The translations under genes were made by a program, and so were the position numbers. The notes beneath the pieces were generated by a model. The model worked only from the letters and a program-made list of their open reading frames with translations. It had not been told where the DNA came from and searched no databases. Shown in pieces: positions 23,150 to 35,797 of a stretch of 64,000 bases of DNA. Numbering within the stretch: position 1 is the stretch's first letter; each line of letters starts with the position of its first letter. This DNA comes from Scyliorhinus canicula (Eukaryota), in the NCBI RefSeq assembly GCF_902713615.1, contig NC_052175.1:9651271-9715270 (forward strand), in the 5' to 3' direction.

Positions 23150-25626
23150 ACATCTTTCTCTCTCTTTAAGTCTATCTCTCTCATTTTACATATGTCTCGC
23201 ACTACATCTCTCCCTCTCCCTTTGTACCTCTATCTCTCGCAATCTTAATCACAATCTCAGTATCAATCTCAATCTCTCTCTATTTCTCTGTCTCTCGCTG
23301 TAGCTCCCTCTTTGTACCTCTCTCTCTCACTCTCTCCCACTTTACATCCCTCTCTTCACTTTATATCTCCCCCTCTCTTTATGTCGCTCTCTCTTCGTAC
23401 CTCTCTCTCTGTCTCTACCTCTTTCTCTCCTCCTCAATGTCCCTCGCTATCTCTCTCAATTTCAATCTCAGTTTCAATCAGAACCTCAATCTGATTCTCA
23501 ATCTATCTCTATCTCTGTTTCTCTCTCTCTCTCTCTCTCTCTGTATCTTTCCCTCTATCTGTAGCTCTCTCTTTGTATATTTCTCTCTCTTGACCTCCCT
23601 CTGTATTTCTCTCTCTCTCACTATCACTCACATTCTCTTTCTGTCTCTCTCTCTCATTCGTGTCATGTGCGAGTACCTTTACGAAATGGGTGTTGATAAA
23701 TGAGTGTGTATATAAATATGTGTAGTGAGAGTATCTTTACGAAATGGGTGTTTGTTACTGCAGTGATTACAGAGAGTGGGTGGAGCTGAGCTGTCTGTCA
23801 GCTTTTTGATTTCGCTTTCGGATTTTTGCTACAGGGTGAGTTTGGGTTCATTTTAGTCTTGGAAAAGCTGCAATCACAGCAGGATGTGTGTGAATCTCTG
23901 AAAGATTATGAATATCCATTTGCTGATTTCAACGTGGTAACTGTTCTCAGTAATGAATTGAAACCTCATATGTTTCTGTTAACAGGTGTTTTTAAGTCTT
24001 TTGGATGTTTGGGGATTTATTAAGGATTACTTAGTGTGATATTTTTTGGGGGTTGTATTTGAATTGGTTGTTGCGAAGATGTTCACTCTATGTTTTAAAA
24101 AGTTTATATTGAGTTCATAGAATAAACATTGTTTTGCTTTGAAACATACTTTTCGATTTTTGCTCCACCTCACCAATAGAGTGGACCGTGTGCTCCCCAT
24201 ACCACAAGCTAGTAAAAGTTGGGGGTCAGGTGCATTCCATGATACATTATGGGGTTCGCTAAACCTTGACCCATAACACTCGCACTCTCTCTCTCCCTCT
24301 CACTTTACCTCTCACTAACTATTTCTGTCTCTCTCTCTCCTTAGATCTCTCTCTCTCTCTCTCTCACTCATTCATTATACCTCTCTATCTCTGTAAATCT
24401 CAATCTCAGTCCCATTCTCAGTCTTGGTTTCTCTCTCTCTCACTGTATCTCCCTCTCTCTCTCTCTGTTACTCTCTTTGTAACTATTTCGCTGCATCTCT
24501 CTCTGTATCTCACTCTCCGAGTCTCCCTTCCTGTAGTTTATCTCTCTGAATCTGTGTCCGTCTCGGTCTCTGTCTCTCCCTCTCTCTCTGTCTCTCTCTG
24601 TTTGCACCTTCTGTGTACCTCTCTCTGTATCTCTCTCTGCCTCTCTCTTCTGCCTCTCTCTCTATCTGTCTGGACATCCCTCTCTGTATTTATCTCTCTC
24701 TCCGTCTCTCTTACTGTTTCACTCTCTCTCTCACTTCATATCCCCATATATTTCTCTCTCTGTCTCCTTCTCTCACTGTATCTCTCTATCTCTCTGTCTC
24801 AAACTCCATCTCAATCTTAACCTCAATCTCAATCTCTCTCGCTCTCTCCTTCTCTCTGAATCTGTCTCTAACTACAGCTCTCTCTTTGTATTTTTGTCTC
24901 TATTTCTCTCTCTATCTTTCTCCCTGCATCTCTCCTTCTCTCACAAACTCCCTATCTGTATCTTTCTAGACCTCCCGCTCTGTATCTCGCTCTGTCTGTC
25001 TGAGTCTCTGTATCTCTCTGTGTGTATGATGTGGAGATGCCGGCGTTGGACTGGGGTGAGCACAGTAAGAAGTCTTACAACACCAGGTTAAAGTCCAACA
25101 GGTTTGATTCAAACACGAGCTTTCGGAGCGCAGCTCCTTCCTCAGGTGAATGGCGAGGTATGTTCCAGAGACATTTATATAGACAAAGTCAGAGATGCTG
25201 GACAATGCTTGGAATGCAGGCATTTGCAGGTAATCAAATCATTGCAGATCCAGGGAGAGGGATAATCCCAGGTTAAAGAGGTGTAAATTGTCTCAAACCC
25301 GAACAGTTGGTAGGGTTTTGCAAGTCCAGGCCTAATGGTAGGGTGTAGATGTAATGCGACATGAATCCAAAATCCCTGTTGAGGCCGCACTCATGCGTGC
25401 GGAACTTAGCTATAAGTTTTTGCTCGGCAATTCTGCGCTGTCGCGTGTCCTGAAGACCGCCTTGGAGAACGCTTACACGGAGATCAGAGGCTGAATGCCC
25501 TTGACTGCTGAAGTGTTCCCCGACAGGAAGGGAACATTCATGCCTGGTGATTGTTGCACGATGCCCGTTCATTCGTTGTCGCAGTGTCTGCATGGTCTCG
25601 CCAATGTACCACGCTCTTTGTGTGTA

Positions 25627-25660
<34 letters not shown>

Positions 25661-26081
25661 GTCAGCATCTCACTCTGGCCATCCCTCGGTATTTGTCTCT
25701 CTCTATCTCTCTATCGCTTGATCTCTCTCTCTCCCTCCCTCTCTCGCTCTCTCTCTCAAACACGTTGCATCTCTCTCGCACTTTACATCTCTCTCTTTCT
25801 ATCTCCTCTCTCAATCAATCTGAATTTCAGTGTTAATCTCAACCCCAATCTCTCTCTATCTCCATCTCTTTCTCTCCCCTGCTCTCTCTATTTCTCTCTC
25901 GCATTTTATATCTCTCTCTCTGTCGCTCTCTCTCTGTCACTCTCAGTCTCTCTCATTTTACATCTCTCTCTCTCTTCCTTTGCATCTCTCTCACTCTCTC
26001 CGCTTTCCTCTCTCCGTTGTTCTCTATCCGTTGCTTTGTGTCTCACGCCGATTCCTCCTCTATGTATCTCTCTCGCCCTCG

Positions 26082-26123
<42 letters not shown>

Positions 26124-26829
26124 ACCTCTCTATCTCTCTCAATCTCAAACTCAGACTCAATCAGAATGTCAATCTCAATCTCTCTCTCTATCTGTTTCTC
26201 TCGCTGTGTATATTGCCCTCTTCGGTAGCTCTCTCTTTGTACTTTGTACTTCTTTTGTACTTTCTGTCTCTTGACCTCCCTCTGTATCTCTCTCTCTTTC
26301 TCCCTCTCTCGCATTCTCACTCTCTCGCGTTACATCTCTCTCTCTCTCTTTATCTCTACATTTCTCTCTAACTCATCTCTTCAATTCCCTCTCTCTAACT
26401 TTACATCTTTCTAACTCTATCTCTCTCAATCGCAATCTGAATCCCATACTGAATCTCTCTCTCTCATTTGATCTCCCTCTCTCTGTTGTTACCTGTCTGT
26501 AGCTCTCTGGATCTCTTTCTCCGAGTCCCCCAATGTACCTCTCCCTTTCTCTCTCTTTCTCACTCTCTCTCTCTCTCTTTCTGCATCACTCTGTACCTCT
26601 CTCCATGTCTCTCTCTATGTACACCCACCTCCCTCCCCCTTTCTGTCTCTCTCTCTCTGTCTGTCTCTCCCTCCCTCTGTGTCTGTCATTCTCTTTTTGC
26701 ATCTTCTTTCTCTCTCCCTCTCTCACTCTCACTCTGTCAATTTACATCTATCTCTCTTTGTCTCTAACTCACCATCCATCTCTACAACTCTCTCCATGTA
26801 TCTTTCTCTCTCACTTTACATCTCTTTAA

Positions 26830-26885
<56 letters not shown>

Positions 26886-27560
26886 CTCAATCACAATCTC
26901 AATCTCAATCCNNNNNNNNNNNNNNNNNNNNNNNNNNNNNNNNNNNNNNNNNNNNNNNNNNNNNNNNNNNNNNNNNNNNNNNNNNNNNNNNNNNNNNNNN
27001 NNNNNNNNNNNNNNNNNNNNNNNNNNNNNNNNNNNNNNNNNNNNNNNNNNNNNNNNNNNNNNNNNNNNNNNNNNTCTCTGTTTCTCCTTCGTATCTCTCT
27101 CAGAGAGATATGTAACTGTATCTCTGTGTGCATCTCTCTCTCTGGATCTCTCTGTCTCACTTCTGCATCCCCCTCTCTCTGGACCTCGCTCTCTGCATTT
27201 CTCTCTCTCTCCCACTTTCAAACACTTTACATATCTGCTCTCTCCCTCTCTGTAGCTGTGTCTTTGTATCTCTCTTTCTCTGTCTCTCTCTATCTCTCTC
27301 GACCTCCCTTTGTATTTTTCACTCTCTCTATCTCTCTCTCTTTACATCTCACTCTCCCTCTCCCTCTCTCTGATACTCACGACACATCTCACTCTCACTT
27401 TCTCTCACTCTCTCTCTCACTCACTATACATCTCCCGATCTGTCTGTCGCCCTCTTCACATCACTCTCTGTTTCTCTCTCTCTGTCACTCACTGTACCTC
27501 TCTATCTCTCTCAATCGCAACGCAATCTCAATCTCCACCCCATTCTCAATCTCATAGTTC
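23150..27560. repeat. Long CT/TCTC low-complexity tract (contains an N-gap at 26912-27074 and embedded TE fragments)
   Basis: Source of the many Ser/Leu-rich pseudo-ORFs. The duplicate is at about 36430-40820. Confidence 0.85.
25027..25612 (-). mobile_element. Penelope-like element 3' fragment (GIY-YIG endonuclease)
   Basis: YIGETMQTLRQRMNGHR...VGEHFS...RRIAEQKLIAKFRTHECGLNRD in ORF 25273-25668, with terminal-repeat-like sequence at 25027-25150. Confidence 0.8.
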
Positions 27561-28012
27561 AGCAGTCTGAACACGACACAAAGTCAGGAGCCAGCACTAA
27601 CTCGGATAGTTTATAAACTAGCCCTTCATATTGTGGGCTCTGCACAGTGTTGCATGCATGTTCTTACAATATAATTAAATGAAATGCACAGTGAAGAAAC
27701 AGACTGTTCGGCATTACTGCTCCGTGTAGGTGTTTGTGCGTCACACGAGCCTCTCTCATCCTTTCTTCATCTCACGCTATTAAGACACATTTCTGTGTCT
27801 TTCTCTCATATGCTTTGATCCAAATTTCTCCCTTAAAAACACCTCTGATTTTCAGGTCAAGGACATCCTGTGGGAAGGAGTTGCACTTTCTCCCTAGTTT
27901 CTTGGAAAATATATTTCCCCTAAATTTCCCTTTGGGTTTATTACCTGCAATATTATATTAATGACCGATATTTCTGAATTGCTGCAGATGTAGAACCACC
28001 TCCATGGGTCGC

Positions 28013-28330
28013 CTGGTGGCACAGTGGCTTGGATGGCTGCTCATAGCGCTCGGTATCCGGGTTCGACTCTGGACTGGGATCACTGACTGTGTGATGTTTG
28101 CACGTTCTCCCCATCTCTGTGTGGTTTCCTCCTGGTGCTCAGGTTTCCTACCACAGTCCAAAGATATGCAGGTTAGGTGGATAGATCGTGCTAAGTTGCA
28201 CCTTAGTTGACATGGATGTGCTGGTTAAGGTTATGGGGTGACGGGGAACTTAGGTGTGGATGGGGCTCTGTAAATGGGGAGAGCATTTATTCGAAGGGTC
28301 GGTACAGACTCGATGGGCCGAATGAGCTCT
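28013..28330 (+). mobile_element. Diverged V-SINE
   Basis: GGTGGCACAGTGG..GGGTTCGACTC, V core and GATGGGCCGAATG tail. The duplicate is at about 41276. Confidence 0.7.
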
Positions 28331-29769
28331 GTATATAATGCTCTGTTAGATCATCTTTAATCTTTTATTTTTAAACAATGTATTTCTAGCCTGGTCAAAC
28401 TTTTCCGAAAGTTAGAACCTTACAGTTCTGGTATCATCCTTGTGCGACCTTTACTGCAATTTTTCATGCACTCTATATTCTGGATAGAATATGAAGAACT
28501 GCACACTGCACTGTATGGTGGTCTAGTTAGATCAACAAACGACAGCTGTATTTTGGGACACAGACCCTCAGCCTCCGCCAGAACTCGGGTTCGATTCCTG
28601 GCTTGGGTCACTGTCTGTGCGAAGTCTGTACTTTCTCCCCTGTTGGCATGGATTTCCTCCAGTTGATACAGTTTTCTCGCGAATGACGTACTGCTTGGTG
28701 AAGTGGACATTCTGAATTTTCTTCCTGTGTACTCGAACAGGCGCAGGAATGTGGCGACTAGGGACTTTTCACTGTAACTTTATTGCAGTGTTAATGTAAG
28801 CCTGCTTGTGACACTGACAAAGATTATTATTATTGTGATCAACAGGTAAACTACATAAACTTCCTTATCTGGAACTAATTTACTTGCATTATCGTCTATC
28901 TATTTTTAAACACAAAGCATCGTTCATTGCGTATTGCACATCTCATTGACGCTGAGCGGTGAAAATTCGCAGTGAGATTAGAATCGTGATGTGATCGGAG
29001 TCTCAGCGTGTGGGTGAAGAACAATGCCCTCGGTGTTTGGCCATTGCTCCATCTCTTCCACCGTCAGATATCCTGACAGTACCAGATAGCGTGAAGAAGG
29101 TTTTGCGTTGACGAAATGAGAACAATACTGTTCCACTGGCAGGAGCTTCCGTAACTAAAGGGATTCAGATTGAGACCCATCGTTAAAAGAACCGAAAAGG
29201 CATTCTGGTATTTTTATTGAGAACTGGAATGTGCTTTCTGAAAGGACGGTGTCAGCAGATTCAAAAGTAACTTTTAAAATGGGAACTGTATATTTATTTG
29301 TTAATGGAAAGCTGTGGAGGAAAGAGCTGAGAGAGTGGGTCTTGTTGTGCAGTTCTATCAAAGAGACAGAACAGTCACGTCGGTCCGAATGGGTTCTTAG
29401 TCTGATCGGTGAAATTGCACGGTAACACGTTATAATGCAAACAATGTTTACAACGCATCTGTCTCCTTGTCAGCAATACATTAGACACAAATTTGATAAA
29501 TAACCCCGACAGTGCAGAGAGAGGCCATTTAGCTCATCGATTTTGCACCTACACTTTGAAAGAGCACCCTATTTCGGCCCAATCCCCCGCACCAACACCG
29601 GAACTGCAACTAACCTATACCTCCTTGGACAGTAAGAATCAATTTTAGGATGGGCAATCCAGCGAACCTGCGCTCTGTTGCACGCAGTACAGAATTCAGC
29701 TCAACATGCCCGTGGAAAAAATTGACTGTGAACTGTAACCAAACACTTCTGAAACATATCATTTTTTAA

Positions 29770-29985
29770 AAATAGTGTACCCAATTCATTTTTTTTCCAA
29801 TTAAGGGGCAATTTAGCGTGGCCAGTCCACCTACCCTGCACATCTTTCGGTTATGGGGGCGAAACCAACGCAGACACGGGGAAATTGTGCAAACTCCACA
29901 CGGACAGTGACCCAGAGCCGGGATCGAACCTGGGACCGCGGCATCGTGATGCAGCAGTGCTAAGCACTATGCCGCCGTGCTGCCC
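29770..29985 (-). mobile_element. V-SINE, short-tail subfamily
   Basis: Reverse complement of the 3129-3356 family. The duplicate is at about 43030-43250. Confidence 0.8.
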
Positions 29986-30249
29986 TTGTAATACATTCAT
30001 GGCCCTGATACTTTATTCTCCTGCAGCACACAACCCAGTAAATGCACTAACCTGCACCCCTTACAGCAAATCCTGCCGGATTTCTGAGAAAGCGTTTTGC
30101 TGATAGGGTTTGCTCTTCACATCATAATATCAGTGAAAGGTGCGAACACAACTCTGGTGTTGTCTCTCTAACATTATGAGATTATTTATATCATACATTT
30201 AATTTCATCAATATTAAAAAGGTTGGACGGTTCGTGTGATGATTAAATG

Positions 30250-30822
30250 ATAATTAGTTACATTTCTAACTTCTGATTTAAAAGAATACGTCTTCGTATT
30301 CCTATTCCAAACGGAGAGAAACATTTTCAAATTGATAACCGCTCACTCTGCTGGAGAAGTATATTGAGCTCAAATCTTAACCAATGTATCAGACGACACT
30401 TGCTACAATATGCAGTTGAAAAAGCCCATGCTGGTAAACAGAATGCCCCCGTTGTCTTGGACTGATCCCAGGGTTCTATATGATTCGGACACAACGTAAT
30501 AAAGAGAACGACGACATAGGTTGTCGACTCTACTTTATTAGAATATAATAAAATAATATAAATCAATACGACGACACAAGAATTTCTCGTCCATTTGCTC
30601 GTCTGGGACTCCGGGTGTTGACGGCGGCTCAGAGATTCACTGCCTGTAGTCCAAGCTGAGGTCCAACGAATGAGAAAAAGTGCCTGATATTTATACAGTG
30701 AATACGTCCAACAGGTAAGCATTTCGGAAAGGCGGCAAAATCCATGAGAACGCCTGAATCTGGACATCTGGTGCCTCACATTCCAGTAAACATCCTGGAA
30801 CCTGCTAAATAAACTGCCAAGT
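30250..30822 (-). mobile_element. Diverged LTR-like remnant related to 375-811
   Basis: Shared blocks on the plus strand: TTCGGACA(C/A)AA(C/T)GTAAT..AGAGAAC, AATAC..CACAA..CTCG.CC...GCTCGTC.GGG, GAGATTCA, GTCCAACGA and ATGAGAACGCC. The duplicate is at about 43514-44086. Confidence 0.55.
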
Positions 30823-30825
30823 TTG

Positions 30826-31125
30826 GGGCAGCACGGTAGCATGATGGTTAGCATAAATGCTTCACAGCTCCAGGGTCCCAGGTTCGATTCCCGGCTGGGA
30901 ACCCTCCGGGTGCTCCGGTTTCCTCCCACAGTCCAAAGATGTGCGGTTTAGGTGGATTGGCCATGCTAAATTGCCCGTAGTGTCCTAAAAAAGTAAGGTT
31001 AAGCGGGGGTTGTTGGGTTACGGGTATAGGGTGGATACGTGGGTTTGAGTAGGGTGATCATTGCTCGACACAACATCGAGGGCCGAAGGGCCTGTTCTGT
31101 GCTGTACTGTTCTATGTTATATGTT
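30826..31125 (+). mobile_element. V-SINE with CR1-derived 3' tail
   Basis: The tail CACAACATCGAGGGCCGAAGGGCCTGTTCTGTGCTGTACTGTTCTATGTT matches the CR1 3' end at about 15670-15740 (minus). The duplicate is at about 44090. Confidence 0.85.
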
Positions 31126-34100
31126 CTATCCTCACAGCGAACATAATTAACCCATCTCTTACACCTATCCTGAAAATGTAATTCCTCCTCAACCATCAGG
31201 AAACAGATGCATCCTTAAGCATTTCAGCGTGCTCCACAAATCCCAGTCCCAGTTCACTTCTACCGGAAAACCATTGCCAACGCTGTGACTGTGAAAGAGC
31301 CGCTGACATTCCGCAAAGAGTATTTTTTGTCCTTTGACCTCGCTTATCCTTCTGGCAATAGGAATACAGAAACAATATGAGAGTATCCTGCTCCTCCAGC
31401 CTGTCCCACTATTGGTTGATCTATTTATAGGTTCAGACGATATCGGAGCAGAATTAGACAAACTGGCCCATCGAGTCTGTTCCACCATTTGATTATGGCC
31501 AATCTCATCCTGGCACTAACTGCGCCGTCCTGTCCATTCTCCATAATCCTTCTTACCCATTCCCAATTAAAAATCCGCTTAACTCCTCCTGAAATGTACT
31601 CACTGTCACAGCATCTACCACACTCTGGGATAGCGAATTCCACAGATTCACTAGCTTGGGTAGAAGTAGCTTCTCCTCAACTCAGTTTTAAATTTGTTAT
31701 CGCATTTGCTAAGACGATGGTCTCTTGTTCTTGAATACCCGACAAGAGGAAACATTTGCTTTACGTCTACTTGATCCATATGTTTTATCATCTGGCATGC
31801 CTCAATTTGATCTCTCCTCGTGAGAGAGAGTATATTGCTCAACCTCTCTTCAGACGACAAACATGATCTCTTATCAACCCGCATTGAACTTCCCCCAATA
31901 CTTGTACATCTTTCCTCAAATAAGGGGACTGAAACTATGCAGAATATCCCAGTTGTGGTCTCACCAATGACTTATATGGTTACAACAATACTTACTTACA
32001 TTTAGACTCTGGTCCTTTAGCTATAAATGCCAACATTCAATTTACTTTCATTGTTATGTGCTGTACCTGAATGCTAGCGTTCTGTGACTCATGAACGAGG
32101 CCCCCAGACCACTCGACAATGGAACACCACGAAGTCTTCCCCCTTTTAGATAATTAGTTACCTTCCCATTATTCCGAACACAACACTTATCCACGTTAAC
32201 CTCCATCTGCCACGTGTTTGCCCACTCGCCCAACCTACCTATCTCCATGTATTATCTCCTCATTGGAACTTAATATCCCACCTCACTTTGAGTCGGCTGC
32301 ACATTCGGCTGTTTCGCTTCTATCTCGATAACAAAGTTGTCAATATAGACAGCAAATAGCTGGAGCCCAAGAACCGAACCCATCTGTACCCAAAAAGTAA
32401 CATCTTGCCATCCAGGAAAATAAAAACACTCATGTATTGTAATTCTACCAAACTGATTCCATTAGATTCCCCATACTCCGCACACACGGCGAAAAGCATT
32501 ATAGTTCCCCCAGTCGAAACTGATTCTTTTAAGAGTTGTGTTCCAGATTTCCCCTCACCTTTGTGTGCAGAACCGATTCCAGGTTAAAATTTGAAGCTTC
32601 TTCCCCATTTGATTTCTGATTTCTCACCAAAGCAACTGAACTAACTCCTGTTTATCGACGCTAATGCATAATGTATTGACTTTAAACATCCGTGTTCTGT
32701 CACCACCATTATATCTTCTCCTGGAAGAAACGAAAGAGGTAGCATATCAAAAANNNNNNNNNNNNNNNNNNNNNNNNNNNNNNNNNNNNNNNNNNNNNNN
32801 NNNNNNNNNNNNNNNNNNNNNNNNNNNNNNNNNNNNNNNNNNNNNNNNNNNNNNNNNNNNNNNNNNNNNNNNNNNNNNNNNNNNNNNNNNNNNNNNNNNN
32901 NNNNNNNNNNNNNNNNNNNNNNNNNNNNNNNNNNNNNNNNNNNNNNNNNNNNNNNNNNNNNNNNNNNNNNNNNNNNNNNNNNNNNNNNNNNNNNNNNNNN
33001 NNNNNNNNNNNNNNNNNNNNNNNNNNNNNNNNNNNNNNNNNNNNNNNNNNNNNNNNNNNNNNNNNNNNNNNNNNNNNNNNNNNNNNNNNNNNNNNNNNNN
33101 NNNNNNNNNNNNNNNNNNNNNNNNNNNNNNNNNNNNNNNNNNNNNNNNNNNNNNNNNNNNNNNNNNNNNNNNNNNNNNNNNNNNNNNNNNNNNNNNNNNN
33201 NNNNNNNNNNNNNNNNNNNNNNNNNNNNNNNNNNNNNNNNNNNNNNNNNNNNNACAACTGACAGATTTCAATGACAAAAATCAAGATCAGATAGGAGGCC
33301 AGAGGGTGGGGTCCTGGTAGAGGGAGATAACTGAAGGTGGATAGATTTGAACCACATATCCTGACAACATTTTTCAGTGAGAGACAGCAGAGACAATATT
33401 ATCTATTCACCAATCATCATCAGAATATTACCGAAGAATTGAAAGCAACAGTCTATTTCTGTTATATTTGAATATAGAACAGAAAATAAAACAATTCCAG
33501 CAAATAATCTCCCAATAACAACGTGAATGATAAGAAAAATGAATTACCAATGCTGAGGTCGAAAACAATCCAGTAACACAGAGTATAACAAATAGTCATA
33601 TATGTTCCAAAAGTAACATATTTCCTGACAGACATAATTGAAATATTTCAATAAATATCGGACATTAAAGATTTGTCTGGTATGATATATGTTAAACAAC
33701 TTGATTTTCTAATGTCGTTTAGTAAGACCTGGCATAACAGCCTGATGAGTAATGTCAGAGCCAGTGAGGTTTGGGGGCACAGCAGCAGAATGGACAGCAA
33801 GCTGAAAAGGAATTATAGAGAGGTGGTAAAGGGATTTAGTCTGATTGGCGGAAGATGAGAGGTGGTGTTCCACAAGAATCAGCACTGGGAACATTCTGCT
33901 TCACCATTTACATATGGCATCGCGAAGCAGAATGATAATTACAGAATTTATAGACAAAACCAAATTGAGAATTCGTGATGACGTGCAAAAAACACAACCG
34001 AATACAAGCACACATCCATCATCAATTATAAACTTGGAAAGTGAATATTTCAATGCAAAATTAATTTCCGAACAGCTCAGTGTCCGCTGTTGCATTTTAA

Positions 34101-34459
34101 TGCAAACAATAAGATCGCAATCACTCCTTGAAAAAGAAGATGCTGAATGTTCTGGAGAGGTTTCTGGGTCCAGGTGAACAGATTGACAAATCGTTTGAAC
34201 AGCCACAGAGTTTCAAACACCAATACATACTGAAGAAACATTGGGGTCTACTTCAGGATTAATAGAAATATAAACCAAAAACTGTGAGAATAATGGACTA
34301 TTGAGGATTTTATTAAACACCACAGTGGAGATGATGCCTTTTTCTGTTTGAGCAGTTCAACAGAAAACAGAGATATCGAGATAATTCACTTTAGACAATA
34401 AATATTAAACATAATCAAAACACAACCGAAAATTTCCTGTTTTCAGTCAATTACAAAGT

Positions 34460-34540
<81 letters not shown>

Positions 34541-35730
34541 GAGAGATCGAGAGCGAGAGAGAGAGAACATAAGAACATAAGAACATAAGAACTAGGAACA
34601 GTAGGCCATCTGGCCCCTCGAGCCTGGTCCGCCATTCAGTGAGATCATGGGTGATCTTTTGTGGACTCAGCTCCACTTTGCGCCCTGAACACCATAACAC
34701 TTAATCCCTTTATTCTTCAAAAAACTATCTATCTTTACCTTAAAAACATTTAATGAAGGAGCCTCAACTGCTTCACTGGGCAAGGAATTCCATAGATTCA
34801 CAACCCTTTGGGCGAAGAAGTTTCTCCTAAACGCAGTCCTAAATCTACTTCCCCTTATTTTGAGGCTATGTCCCCTCGTTCTGCCTTCACCCGCCAGTGG
34901 AAACAACCTGCCTGCATCTATCCTATCTATTCCCTTCATAATTTTAAATGTTTCTATAAGATTCCCCCCTCATCCTTCTAAATTCCAACGAGTACAGTCC
35001 CAGTCTGCTCAACCTCTCCTCATAATCCAACCCCTTCAGCTCTGGAATTAACCGAGTGAATCTCCTCTGCGCACCCCCCAGTGCCAGTATGAAGGACAAA
35101 AAACCATTTGCCTTCTTAAACGCCTGTTGCACCTGTAAACCAACTTTCTGTGGCTCATGCACGAGCACACCCATAGAGAGGCAGAGACAGAGAGAGAGAT
35201 GACGAGACAGAGAGACCGACAGAGAGGGAACTTCCCTAGAGCGACTACTCACCAGTAAAATACTTTATTTCAAAATAGAACAATTTATTTCAGTCCAGTT
35301 CCTGACTCACATTCAGTACAAACCTGCACTAAGAGATACTTTCCGTAATGCTTGCTCACTGCTGTCAGATATTCCACTATGGTTACTGCCCCACACTCGG
35401 TGTGATTTTATTCTCACTCCCACTTAACATTTCTTCTGAGAGATTGCCTTCACTGAGATCCAATCTACCATTATACAATATTCCACTAATAGAATGACTT
35501 CATTAATCAGAGATGCCATGATTTCCAAACGAGGTTTATTGCCAGTTGGTGAAAGGGATTCAAACCATAGACATGTTTAAAGCCATTTGACTTCTCTGAA
35601 TTACGTTGTTGATCAGGTTTATGTATAACAGTGAGAACGAGATCAGCATTAAACATTTTCAGTCAAAGTTTAAAATCAGAGAGCCGCGCACACTCAGATT
35701 TACATAACTTCAATGGTGATAGTCACTTAC

Positions 35731-35797
35731 CGGGAACACCAACAATAGCAAGGATCGGGTAGAATATTTTCCCGACCATGTAAATTGCAAGCAGCAT
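35731..35797 (-). CDS. Second copy of GPCR exon 1 (MLLAIYMVGKIFYPILAIVGVP) with no exon 2 of its own
   Basis: Intact ATG and GTAAGTG donor, with one P-to-A change. It lies in duplicate copy 2. Confidence 0.6.

Larger units (their letters stand above)
19987..32753. repeat. Copy 1 of a ~12.8 kb tandem segmental duplication (possible assembly false duplication)
   Basis: Near-identical to 33254-46016 (offset about 13.27 kb; identical ORFs appear twice in the track). It ends exactly at the 500-N gap. Confidence 0.9.

Noticed and set aside
23150-27560. Numerous Ser/Leu-rich or Arg/Glu-rich ORFs (also 36430-40820)
   Set aside because: Translations of (CT)n/(GA)n microsatellite and N-gap read-through.
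30327-30929. 200-aa ORF with LTC..W and Y.V...W..FC spacing that looked like a C1 domain or TM protein
   Set aside because: The DNA is homologous to the LTR-like element at 375-811 and the ORF starts inside a SINE, so the protein motifs are probably chance.
32400-32720. Minus-strand frame with W....PG.G and KSGTQ..CAEYG resembling a V domain
   Set aside because: Spacing is off, there are two stops, and the first Cys context is unconvincing.
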